Shown here: positions 35,701 to 45,700 of the stretch, in pieces
Position numbering within the stretch: position 1 is the stretch's first letter
Layout: the number at the start of each line of letters is the position of its first letter
Assembly: GCA_013239625.1 (NCBI GenBank)
Contig: MU054117.1
Span: 5,173,514 to 5,237,513 of the forward strand
DNA from: Lama guanicoe
Taxonomy: Eukaryota
Reading direction: 5' to 3'
Length of the DNA: 64,000 nucleotides
Made by a program: the position numbers and the translations under genes
Notes under the pieces: generated by a model
What the model saw: only the letters and a program-made list of their open reading frames with translations
Told to the model about the DNA's origin: nothing
Databases searched by the model: none

Positions 35701-38700
35701 GGCCAGAATTTGGACTCTGAGCTTCCTTGTAGCTGAAGCAGAAGGAAACCTGAGACATTAGGAAGGTCGTATGATGGGGCCAACCACTGCTTCAGGGGAA
35801 GCCCTGGGACCCAGAGCAGAAGGAGGTTTCTCCCGAGGCTCTTCAGAAGGGGACACCACGTAGGGCTGTGGATAAGGCTTCAGCAGTGTTGCACAACCAC
35901 ACGAAAGCAGGAGTTTCACACCTGCCATTGGCTAAAATGAAAACACCCCTTCGTGTTGGCCTTGGAGGTCATTCAAAGCCAGAATCAACTGCTTGGATCT
36001 AATGCAGTCAAAAGGGTTGATTGAATTTCCTAAACTCTTTTTTATTTAAAAAACTTTTTATCGATTAATCAATTGATCGAAGTACAGTCAATTACATTGT
36101 GTCAATTTCCGGTGCACTAAACTCTTGATTTTTGTCTGTAGCTAATTAAGTCCTCCCATTTCCCTGACCTCCTGCTCGTTTTAAACTGATGAGCCATGTT
36201 TGGTTTGCCTGCAGATAGAGGGTCTGCATTTTGTCCTTCTTGTGGTCACTTCTTATTCCTGGCCATCAACTTGTCATTTCCTTCACCAAGCCTGGGGCTC
36301 AGAGGGACAAAGGCATCCGATTAAGGCACAAAGCAGAAGTTTTGGCTTGTCATAGTGCCCCTAGAATGAGGTCACCTGCTGCGGCCTCCGCTGGGGGTGC
36401 GGGCCTCTACTTTTCCTAGAGCCTGGGCTTGGCTTCAGGGGCATTCTGCTGGTGGGGTCACGCCCCGAGACCTCACCCACTGACTTGGAGCCCCGGGAGG
36501 GGCTACTTCCTACAGATGAGCAGAAAGGGCAGCCCTGCCTCCCTCTTTACTTGTCCCCGTCCCCAGGGAACTGAGAAGTGCTGATCTAGTCAGGCCCATT
36601 TCTCTCCTTAGCGGGGGCTCACGGAGCTCACCTGCCCTGCTCAGCAGAGTCAGCTCTCGTTGGCCCGTGGCCCCAAGTAGGCTATGGGTCAGGTCAGGAT
36701 AGGGACCGACTTGGCAGGCAGCTGTCAGGGTGGCCTCAGGGAGGTATGAGGCTAGCGTGCCTGCTCAGGCAGGGCCTTCTCCCACACCTGGTTGGCCCTG
36801 GAGCGAGTGGCAGCGGGGCGTGTGCTGGCTGCGGGGGAGGAGGGTATGCGGCGGGATACGGGAACCTCCTGTGCTGTGTGCTTCTCTGTGCTCTGCTCTC
36901 TCTTGACATGTGAGTCTTTGAGGTTGTGGGTAACTTGTGTGTGTGTGTGTGTGTGTGTGCTCTCGCGTGTGACGCATACACTCATCGTCCCTCAGATGGG
37001 GTCTAGGCTGGGGTCTAGGCCTCACGGAGCCTCTGTGGTCGGGTGAGCTGCTGTGCCCACACGGCGGGCCTGGGTGTGCACCCATGTTGGGTGCAGTGAC
37101 CCAGTTGCCTAGGAGGGCCCTGGGCCTGGGGGCGCGGGTGTGGAGTCTTTGCCTCCACCTGCTGTCCCTGGGGCTCCGGGCTCTCCTGCTTTGCCTCTTC
37201 CTGCTTCTTCGAGTGCCATACGTGTGTGTGCAAGAGGCAGGCAAGGCCATGCTCACAGCTGTTGGCTCTGTGGCCCCTGCGGCCCGTGTCTGTGGCATTC
37301 ATGTCCTCCTGCAGGGGGTGGCCTGGACTACCCAGCTGGCGGGGAGCTGGGTGGCGCTGCATGTGTGGCTCTGCTGTGCCTTGCTAGAGACCCTCAGGCG
37401 CATCCTTTTGGTCCTGCCATGTGAGCAGGCTTCCAGGTGGCTGGTGCGGGCAGGTGTGTGGGCTGGCCGAGGCCTGGCGAGGGTGTGGGGCATGGCGACC
37501 TTGGTCCAGCTGTGTGCCCACACGCTCTTCCTGTGGGTGCACCTGTGCATGCACGTCTGCTTTGCTGCCATCAGCTCGAAGGTCCGAGTGAGGGTGCATG
37601 CGCCCTTCAGTATCTCACTGCCCCTCAGAGTCCACACCCCCCGGAGCCTAGGCTTCAGAGTGGGGTTGCAGGCCCAGAGGCGTGACAGGGCCGAGGAGGA
37701 GCAGGGTACACCCCAGGTGGAGCAGAGGCCCCAGATGTCCGGGAGGCTCGAGCCCACAAGGAGAAGGGATGTGTCACTGAGAAGGAGTGAGTTACGTCCA
37801 GGTGGGTAGGGAAGGGGGCTGCTCTCTGCCACTTGGACCTGTCTTCTGCCTTGGGTGCCAGCACCTCCTCCTGGCCACCAGGCCACGCTTAGAGCCAGCT
37901 TCTCCCCTGGCGTTGCGGGAGAACATTCTCTCCTCCTGCACCATCAAGCCTGTGCAGCTGCCTCTCTCCTTCCCCACCAGGCTCGGGGCATCTCCCTCCT
38001 CAGCTGAGTGGTCCTTGGGAAAGTCACAGACAGGACCCCGGCAGCGTCCAGGCTTTGCCCTCTGTCCACCGAGAACAGGGCTGCACATGGCTGGGAGCTC
38101 TTCTCCGCCGCTGGCCCCTGCCTCCTTGCAAACCTCCCTTCCTCGGTCTCTCTGTCCCTTGCACCCTAACAGCAGCTGCCCTGCCACAGGGTTCCCTCCC
38201 TGTCTCTGCCCTTCCCCGGGTGGGGCTCTGCTTTCCCTCCAGCTTCTACAGGGCGTCCGCCCTTATGAGCCATCCTGGATCCTTCTTCTTCCTGGGGTCC
38301 CTCTGCCCAGGCCTTCCCAGTCCTCCCCAGCCAGTCCCCTCAGGCGCCCCCGGTTCTCCCCACAGTGGTCCCCAGCGCCGCAACTCTCATCATCGTGGTG
38401 TGCGTGGGCTTCCTGGTGCTCATGGTCGTCCTGGGCCTCGTGCGTATCCATTCCCTGCACCGCCGCGTCTCAGGGGCCGGCGGGACCCCGGGGGCCTCCA
38501 GTGACCACAAGGAACCCGACCTCTTCTGGGATGACTCAGCTCTCACCATTATCGTCAACCCCATGGAGGTGAGTTTGGGGGGTGGGGGCGGCAGTCAGGG
38601 CTCAGCTGGAGCGTGCCCCCAGCAGCGAGGACTCCCGCTGAACCCCCTCCTCTCCCCACCTGCCTCCCCAGTCCTACCAGAACCGGCAGGCCTGTGTGGC

Positions 38701-38812
38701 GGGCGCTGCGGGTGGCCAGCAGGAGGACGAGGACAGCAGCGACTCGGAGGCGGCCGACTCGCCCAGCAGCGACGAGAGACGCATCATCGAGACTCCCCCT
38801 CACCGCTACTAA
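14785..38812 (+). CDS. CLSTN3: Calsyntenin-3 (cadherin-related type I membrane protein), 957 aa, 18 exons
   Basis: Exons 14785-14848, 17136-17258, 17741-17936, 19118-19326, 19594-19743, 20001-20186, 20635-20916, 21704-21816, 23935-24097, 24839-24895, 25602-25759, 25911-26059, 30577-30803, 31079-31249, 32065-32210, 32389-32524, 38366-38568, 38672-38812. All GT-AG, phases consistent, total 2874 nt. Signal peptide MTRLLLPLLL, cadherin motifs (VNDVNEFAPVF), LNS-like region, TM segment (AATLIIVVCVGFLVLMVVLGLV), WDDSALTIIVNPME motif and acidic tail ending ETPPHRY*. Confidence 0.97.
16920..16933. promoter_or_regulatory. RFX X-box-like palindrome in CLSTN3 intron 1
   Basis: GTTGCCATGGAAAC, 13/14 match to the GTTGCCATGGCAAC X-box palindrome. 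Confidence 0.55.
22545..22790 (-). mobile_element. L1 3'-end fragment
   Basis: TTTTATTGAAGTGTAGTTGAT...TTTCAGGTGTACAGCAAAG...ATATAGTTCCCTGTGCT is typical of laurasiatherian L1 3' ends in antisense. Confidence 0.7.
22890..23780 (-). mobile_element. L2 fragment containing a truncated Vic-1-like SINE (about 23068-23150, plus)
   Basis: TTATTCAACCAATATTTG...GTTCCAGGCAGAGGGAAGAGCAGGTGCAGAGGCCCTGAGGCAGGAA is the L2 3' signature. Confidence 0.65.
24458..24636. repeat. Degenerate (TG)n/(TGTA)n simple repeat
   Basis: About 180 nt of TG-rich microsatellite-derived sequence. Confidence 0.9.
25004..25017 (+). promoter_or_regulatory. CTCF-like motif in an intragenic CpG-rich patch (CLSTN3 intron 10)
   Basis: CCACCAGGGGGCAG matches the CTCF core; it lies in CpG-rich 24900-25200. 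Confidence 0.55.
26470..26697. mobile_element. MER58A-like hAT relic
   Basis: CAAATCTGGCCTGCTGCCTGTTTTTGTAAGTAAAGTTTTATTAGAACACAGCC...AAAATATTTACTGTCTGGCC. Confidence 0.7.
27383..27514 (+). mobile_element. Vic-1-like SINE with an internal deletion in the A-box region
   Basis: GGGGAGGGTGTAGCGCATGCTTAGCATGCACAAGGTCCTGGGTTCAATCCCCAGTACC plus tail. Confidence 0.85.
27965..28105 (-). mobile_element. Vic-1-like SINE
   Basis: GGAGGTGCTGGGGATCGAACCCAGGACC...CTACCGCTGAGCTAGACCCTCC. Confidence 0.85.
28592..28704 (-). mobile_element. Vic-1-like SINE
   Basis: Poly-T then GGAGGTACTGGGGATTGAACTCAGGACC...CTATACCCTCCCCC. Confidence 0.85.
32885..33010 (-). mobile_element. Vic-1-like SINE
   Basis: TAATTAGGTTATTTATTT...GAACCCAGGACC...CTATACCCTCCCCC. 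Confidence 0.85.
35345..35520. mobile_element. MER5A-like hAT relic
   Basis: TCCCAAACT...TGCACATCCGAATTGCCTGGGGAG...AAATCAGAA...GGTGATTTCAATGTGCAACAAAGTTTGA. Confidence 0.6.
36675..36691 (+). promoter_or_regulatory. PPRE-like DR1 upstream of the CLSTN3B exon
   Basis: AAGT-AGGCTA-T-GGGTCA (5' extension plus DR1) followed by a further overlapping AGGTCA half site, about 400 nt upstream of ATG 37084. Confidence 0.45.
36937..36959. repeat. (TG)n microsatellite upstream of the CLSTN3B exon
   Basis: About 11 perfect TG units. Confidence 0.9.
37084..38812 (+). CDS. CLSTN3B: Calsyntenin-3beta (CLSTN3B): alternative first coding exon 37084-37801 spliced to CLSTN3 exons 17-18, about 353 aa
   Basis: A 718-nt open frame ends at CAG|GTGGGT (phase 1), matching the phase-1 acceptor at 38366. 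The product is Leu/Val/Cys/Trp-rich hydrophobic segments punctuated by Arg, then a charged linker, then the shared TM and cytoplasmic tail. Confidence 0.88.
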
Positions 38813-39574
38813 GACCTCCGTCCCCACCCCCAGCCAGGGAGAGGTCTGCCCTGTTGAGACAGACACCCCCAGGAGAGAGAAGGCCCTTCTGAGACGAGAG
38901 AGACCCAGAGGGAGAGAGCTCACCCCTTAAGCTCGGAACCTGCAGGGAGCCCAGTGCTTCCGCCCCCGCCCCCGCCCGCAGCCCACCCCGTGCCTCTGGG
39001 CTCTCACTCCCCTGGTGTGGGACACTTTGGCTGCCTTTTCTGTTCCCAGGCAGCCACCCCCTTCGTTTACCCATGTCTGTCTCTCCTGCCACTGGCCTTG
39101 TAATTGGGGTGGGGGGGTGTCAGTAGCAGAGGGAGGGGCCGGGGCCGGGCTGAGGGAAACCCTGTATCTGCACCCCCATCTCTGTCCACGGGGCCCTCCC
39201 CCCACCCAGCCGGGCCTTCCCTGTTTCCCTTACGACCCCCACTCCTAACCTTTTGATTTCACTCTGGGGATCCCTCCTTCTTCTGGCCCACCTTCCCTCC
39301 TCTCTTGTCCCTTTCCCCGTCTTCTTCTGGCCTGAGCTCCCACAGCCCAGGCCTTCCTACAGGACCTGCCTGTGGCTAGGTTGTGGGGATGGGAGTTGGG
39401 GGGAGGCCCTGGGTGTATTATATATAATGTATATTTTTTCATGTCGTCGTGAGCGCAGCCCCTGTGTTCTGTGTGCAGCTCACAGCCTCGTGTGTGCGTG
39501 TGGCATCATCCCATCCTGGGGTGGGGGTAGGGGGTTGGGTGTGGTGAGGGAGGGGACACACCCTAGGGTTTTCA

Positions 39575-39580
39575 AATAAA
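39575..39580 (+). terminator. Polyadenylation signal of CLSTN3/CLSTN3B
   Basis: First AATAAA seen after the stop codon, about 760 nt downstream. Confidence 0.75.
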
Positions 39581-42500
39581 ACAACCAGAAAAAAGCTCAG
39601 TGAGCTGCCTCCTGCCTGCCTGATGCTGTGTGCGGGGCGGCTCTGGGATCTCGGGCCCCCTGGTCTCTCAGCTGACGTGAGGGGCTGGGCTGGGTGTCAC
39701 CGGGGGCAGTCAGCTCCCACTGCCTTCTTCCCTTAGCACCCGCTGGAAAAGAACAGAGAATCTGGGGAGCGCTGCCCATGCCGGTGCTTCTTGGAAGTGG
39801 GGTACACGGTCAGCCTCTCCCCATCTCTTGGAACATTCCGCCCACAGCACTTGGGCGGCCAGCCCTGGGGTCCCGGGGGAGACGGCAGGCAACCATGCTC
39901 TTTGTAATAAGAGAGAAGGAGCTTTGAGATGTGTCCCCCAGGGAGTCAGGGGTAGTAACCACACAGGGTTGTTTCAGAAGAGCGAGGTGTGGAGAGCATC
40001 TTTCCTGGGTGGTTCTGGCCTCAGGAAAGACCAGGGATCTAGGTCTTAACTCCTTTCTGTGGGATAGAGGGGTCTGAGTTTCAGCAATGTGGTTCCCAGG
40101 GACACAGCCGGGTTGGGGGTGGAGGTCCCTGGCCCACTGCTGGCGCCGCCCCGTGTCTGCTCTTACTTCTGCCGGCGCTGTCCTCACCCTTGGCTTCAGC
40201 TACCAGTGGTGTGTTGATGTCCGTAGTTCTGTCTCCCACCTAGACCTTTCCTGTCCTGTGCTTAGGATCGCTATCAGTAGCTTGCCTTGGGCATCCCATG
40301 CCTCAGATGCAACCTTTGCCTGAATTCTGCTCCATTATGTCACCTGTCCCTTTCACCTGTCTCCCAGTTACCTAAGTCAGAAACCCGGCAGTTTGGATTT
40401 CTCCCTCTCCCTTAACTTCATGTCCAAATGGTGATCAAATCCTCTCATTTTTACACCTTAAAATCTCTCATGTGTCATTTTCTTTCTCTCCCTGCTATTA
40501 CTGCCGCTGCCTTGATTCGTACCCTCCTGGTAATATGCCTGGTCTGTTGCAGGAGCCCCCTACCTGCCGGCCACCTGCCTGCCACCTGCCGGCCACCTGT
40601 TCTCCTTGCCTCCGGTGCTTTGCTCTACTCCCCCCAACTCTGGGTCTCAATGACTTTTCTGAAGTGCATTTCTCGTTATGCCACTCTCTTAGAACCTTCC
40701 CCACTTCCACATCACTGCCAGGATCAAGTCTCCGTGCCTCAAGAGGCCGCTTAACCCACTGCCCTGGCCCCCTGGCCCCTCTCTGCCACCACCTCTGCAG
40801 TCCTGAGCTCCGGCCACACAAATCACCAATGCTTCTCCAAACTCGCCCTGCTCCTTCTGGCCTTTGTGTCTTGGCACGTACGGTTCCCTGCCTGGCATGT
40901 CCTTTCCACTTTGTGTGCCTCAAAGTCTTCTATGTATCACTGACAACCCAGTTCCAGTGTTGCCTCTTCCAGGAAGACTTCTGTGCTCTGGTGCCTCTCG
41001 TTCATGCCTCCATCCCTACGCGGTGCTTCCTACTACGCGGTGGTTCACGTCTGTGTCACCACCAGATCCAGATTCGCTGTACCCTCAGCAACTCACCTAG
41101 GGCCTGGCATACGCATGGTAAGGGCTCCAGAAACGATGAATGAGGTGATGTGTGGCTCTCCGACCTATTATAAAAGAAGACTTACCGGTAGGAGGGGAGA
41201 GGGGAACTGCTCTGCTGGCCCTCTGGCCCGAGAGGTCAGAGCACAGAGGACAAATGTGGCCCAACTGATGCCCGCAGCAGCCTCTCCTACAGGGGGGCCC
41301 TCGTGGATGCTGAGCTATGTTTCTGTGTCTGTGGCAATAACATGCGGGGGGCAGCCCTGCCTGTTCTACCTGGAGCTTCTCAGAGGCTCAGAGTGATGGC
41401 TTGAAAGCCAGAGCCTTCAGATGTCGGAAGCCTCAGCTCTAATGGGGTGTGTGAGTTCTTAGTTTGTGGTCTTAACTTTCAATGAGTTCACCACCCCCGC
41501 TTGCTGTCTCTTCTGGTCCTCACCCATCCCTGGCCTCAGAGACCAGATTCCCAGGCAGAGGAGCAGAAGCCAAGTGCTTGCCCTTGTTGCTGAGACTTGG
41601 GACCCGGGTCCTCATTTGCCTCCAGTTCAAGCCCAGCTCTAGGCAGCGGGTCAGGAAGAGGACGAGCTTGCAGGGAACTCTGTCCCTCCCTTGATGGATG
41701 CACACTGGCAGCATAGAGTCAATTTCTTAGCATCCACCCACTCCCAGTCTTCTGCTGTCATCCGACTCTGGGACCAAGCAGGGATTTCTTCTGAAATGCA
41801 CCATCTACACTAATTTCCCGGAGACTCTCTGCGGAGGCAGAGCCACCGACTACTGACTGTGTCTTACAGGTGTAACCTTTTCTGTTCCTCCTCTTCAACC
41901 TTAGTGTTGACACCCCAGATCCCAGTCCATGGTTGCCAGCATCTCCTTCTGTGCCCTTGGGTAAGCAGTCGTGTAAAGGTGGGGTGAGGATAAGCAGGAG
42001 CCTGGAGGTCTGGAGAAGATCCTCCTGCCCCAAACTACTGCTCTTGCTTGCCTGCCCACCCTCCTCTCTCAATATCTCTGTCTCTGTCTCCTTGTCCCCC
42101 CCCCCCCGCCTCTGCACACACACAAACGTATATTGGAAATAAGAATCAAGAGTGAGGCAAGATGCCAGCCCCCTTCATGTAGAGAAAAGGTGACAGGCAG
42201 AGGTCCAAAAATTTTTTTTAACTTACTATAACTGTTTTATTATAAGGGAAAATAAGTCAGAATCAAGCAAATGGAAGTTACAGAGGGCAAGGGATGGGGT
42301 GGGTGGGGCTTGGTGCTTCCACGCCCCCTTTCCTGCCCGGCTCCCAGCACACAGCCCGAGTTCTCCCAAAGGAACTTTTATTTCGTTGCTCAAGATCTCC
42401 TGGAACGTTTTCCCCTAACCTCCCTTGCAGAAGCTGGCAAAGCCTCAGGACGCCAGACCTCGGGCAGGGTTTCTAACTTACCAATTCCCATTTAATTTGA

Positions 42501-42740
42501 AGCAGCAAACACATCTCCTTTGGCCACACTCAGATCTTTTCTTTTGCACTGGAAGGCTGTTTTCCTCTTTCGTCCACTCTCTGCAGTTAAAACTAATAAG
42601 CTTCCTGAAAGGTGCGGGCCGGACAGCTATGCCCTTGAGAGGAGCCATGCTGTAGGGGCAGAGACGTAGCTGAAGCGTCTCCTGCTTCCTGTTACCAGAC
42701 CAGAGACCTGAAAACTCACCGTTGTGCCTTCCTGGCGGGT

Positions 42741-42742
<2 letters not shown>

Positions 42743-42789
<47 letters not shown>
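42743..42789. repeat. (CA)n microsatellite
   Basis: About 23 perfect units. Confidence 0.95.
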
Positions 42790-42792
<3 letters not shown>

Positions 42793-45700
42793 CACGGCTC
42801 TGCCCACTTCAGGAGTCTGGATTCCACCCTGCAAACTTTGGGCTGATGTTCTGATCAGCAACAATCCTGAAACCTCCATTTCCCCAGCCGCCAGCCCCCA
42901 CCCGGAGGGCTTGACTGGGGCAGGTCAAGACTGACAAATCTGCTCCCAGGCTTCTAGGAGCTGTGGAAGATCTCCTTTTCCCCTGGGATTTTAATCTCCA
43001 TGTTTGGCCGCCAAAGTGTGGCCCCTGGGTCCACCTGGGGCTCCTGTGGACTGTGTATTGATGGGTGAATCCCTCAGGCCCTGGGATGTTCCTGGGTGTC
43101 TGCAGCATGAGCTGAGATGGAGTTTGTGTCTGCAGTGTTCCTCGATGCCCTGGGGGTTGGAGGGAGGGGAGTGGTCCTGGACTCCGCCTGCCTGGGAATC
43201 CTCTCCTCCCTCAGCGTCCCTTCTGGGCGAGAGGAGGAGCAGGAGGAGGGAGCGGGTGCGGAGGGAGACGGGCCGGCGCATCCCAGGCGGGCGGGCAGGC
43301 GCAGCTGACAGACAGGAGGAGCTGGCACGCTTGTTTTCACAGCGCTGGTGTCCCTGCATCTCCGGCAGCACCACGCTGTCGCTCCCCAAAATACCCACGT
43401 CCTGCAGGAAAAGGATAGATGAGGGTTTAAATTTAGCAACAGTGGGTAGGAGGGGGGTGGCGGATGGGGATTCTGGGATGTGGTAGAGCTGGCTTTGTCA
43501 GAAAAGTAGTTGGAACCCTATGATGCCTGGGAGAGGATGCTAATCCACAGGACAGGGAAACGTCCGGACCCGAATATCCACTCTCAAAGACTTGACCTGA
43601 ATGTCTGACATTCTCACCCCAGCTTTGCAGCCCCTCTGGCCTTCCCCATCAGATTTCCCCTTAAACAGGTGAATTGGGATTATCCTGCCCTTTCTTCGAG
43701 GGCTGCTGTGTGGCTGGCTCTAGGGAGAGAGGCTGTTAAGGGGCAAACACAACACAGAGAAAGCCTCTGATTTTCTGTCAAGCCACGGAGCCGAGGGGAG
43801 CCTTCCTGCGCTCCACGGGCTGCGGAGAGGGCAAACATGTCCAAAAGGCACGAAGCAGGGAATAGAGTGAGATCCCGCCTGCAGATGACAAGGCAAGGCC
43901 CCAGGGTACCAGGCCTAAGGTGACTTAGGTGCTCTGCTACCTTGTCCCCTTGGACGTTTAGCAGCCCCCCAGAGACCACCAGGCCAGTGTCCCTCTATCT
44001 TGCTGCTTTGAGGAAATCCTAAAGCCCGGGGTCACCTTCTCCGGGCAGGTGGTGGGCAGGAGGGGTTGAGGGGACCTTTGCCATCAGCTCTGTGTTCGAA
44101 TCCCAGGAACTTAGTGTTCAGTCTTGATCTTTAGCTTGTCTAAGCGTTGGCTCATCACCTAACGGGAACTGCTTACTCCAAGGGTTGAGTGAGGCTTAAA
44201 TAAGATAACTTTTTCTGAAGCAATTCAGAATCTGCGTATGAGATGTGAGCTATCATTAATTACTGGGAGATGGACGAAGCCATCCCTAGCCGGGGTCACA
44301 ATGGGGTCTTGAAAAGCAGGGAGTCTTGGGGAGGGCAGGATCCCTAAGTTCCTTCTGCTCAGAACCCAGGCAGCACTGGCTGGTTTTGAACACATGCCTT
44401 GGAGCCAGACACACCTGGTTTTTTTTTTTTTGGAGCCAGACACACCTGTTTTTTTTTCACCTTGGCAGCTTACAGAAGCTTATTGTGGCTAAAGCCCAGA
44501 AGAGAGTGACTATTTTTATAGTTGCCAAGCTGTTTGAGGCAAGCACAAGCTCATTTTTCATAGGTGGGGAGTCCTGGCAATAGGAGATGATAGGGACTTT
44601 GTAAGCAAGAGCTCACATGGTTTCGGGTGCTGACTTCTGTATGTGGCCTTGAGCTAGCTAGGTGGGCAGAGGTGACCGGGTACTGCAGGTAAGGCCAAAA
44701 TAGAGGTTAGTTCACCAAATAGATGGTGCTTTGGTTCTACCTAAAAATGGGTGGAATCTGAGCTATAAAGGCTTCCCAGGTAAGGCACTGGTGGATGGAA
44801 TATTTTTTGTTCTGCTGTGTTTTCCAGTTAGCTTCTCATGGTGAGCCTCAACCTCAAGAGCAACCGAGTTCCACTCTTGAGCATGTGTATGTGAACTTTG
44901 TGTGGACCCAGGTAGGCCATGCCTGGCCAGCCGCTACCTGTCCTTGTGAACTATGTCAGGGAACAAGGGAATGAAGTGTGGAGAGGCCAACATCTCAGAT
45001 CGCAGGCTTGTCCACAAGCTCCCAAGAGTTACCAATCACCATTTCAAGGTGGATCTGGAATTGTAATCTTGATAATCCTTTGGCCAATTATATAATCCTT
45101 GGTCATGAATTTTGGACTTTGGTTTTAGCCACCTAAGGTAGGATAATTTTTTTTCCAATAAAGAGAGCAAAAGTAGTGGGAATTCTTTATTTTATAGGGG
45201 ATATACAATGTTCTTGTGAAGATGGAGAAATAGGGAAATTCCTGCAAACCTAAGGGCTTAAGAAGGCAATTCAGAAGGCCAGTGTCTGGAACATTCTGAC
45301 TTGAAGAAACATCTTTGTTCAAGGGTCAAGAAAGAACTGCTTAAAAACAACAACGACAACATAGGGCTTCGTCTTTCTCCTGGAACAAGAGAGGTGGAAA
45401 TTGAAGGAAAAATACATGGCTGATTAAGTTGGAAGAAGAAGTAGATTTTCTTGGAAGAAAGGTTTATGGTCCTTGAAGACAGGCTAGACACATATGAAAG
45501 AAGCATGAGGTCTTAGAGGCCAGATGGGTATAAAAGGAAAAGGAGGTTTATGTGGGTACCCAAACATACATTGGGTTTGTATCCAAACCTATGTTGGATA
45601 CACCTGGGTGCGTGATATACCTGAGTATATCTAGATCTCACTGCTCTGAATACTTTTAAAGCAAAGTGAGCTTTGTCCAGGTATATTTAGATGAGCCCAA

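Noticed and set aside
36765..37886. Long antisense ORFs over the CLSTN3B exon
   Set aside because: Shadow frames of a GC-rich coding exon.
37787..38572. 261-aa plus-strand ORF across the intron before exon 17
   Set aside because: GTG start, Pro/Ser-rich intronic translation, out of frame with exon 17.
40472..41143. 223-aa plus-strand ORF downstream of CLSTN3
   Set aside because: Lies in decayed L2-like sequence with no domain signal.
44399..44458. About 31-bp tandem duplication TGGAGCCAGACACACCTG + poly-T
   Set aside because: Simple slippage next to a T tract; two units only, no sign of function.
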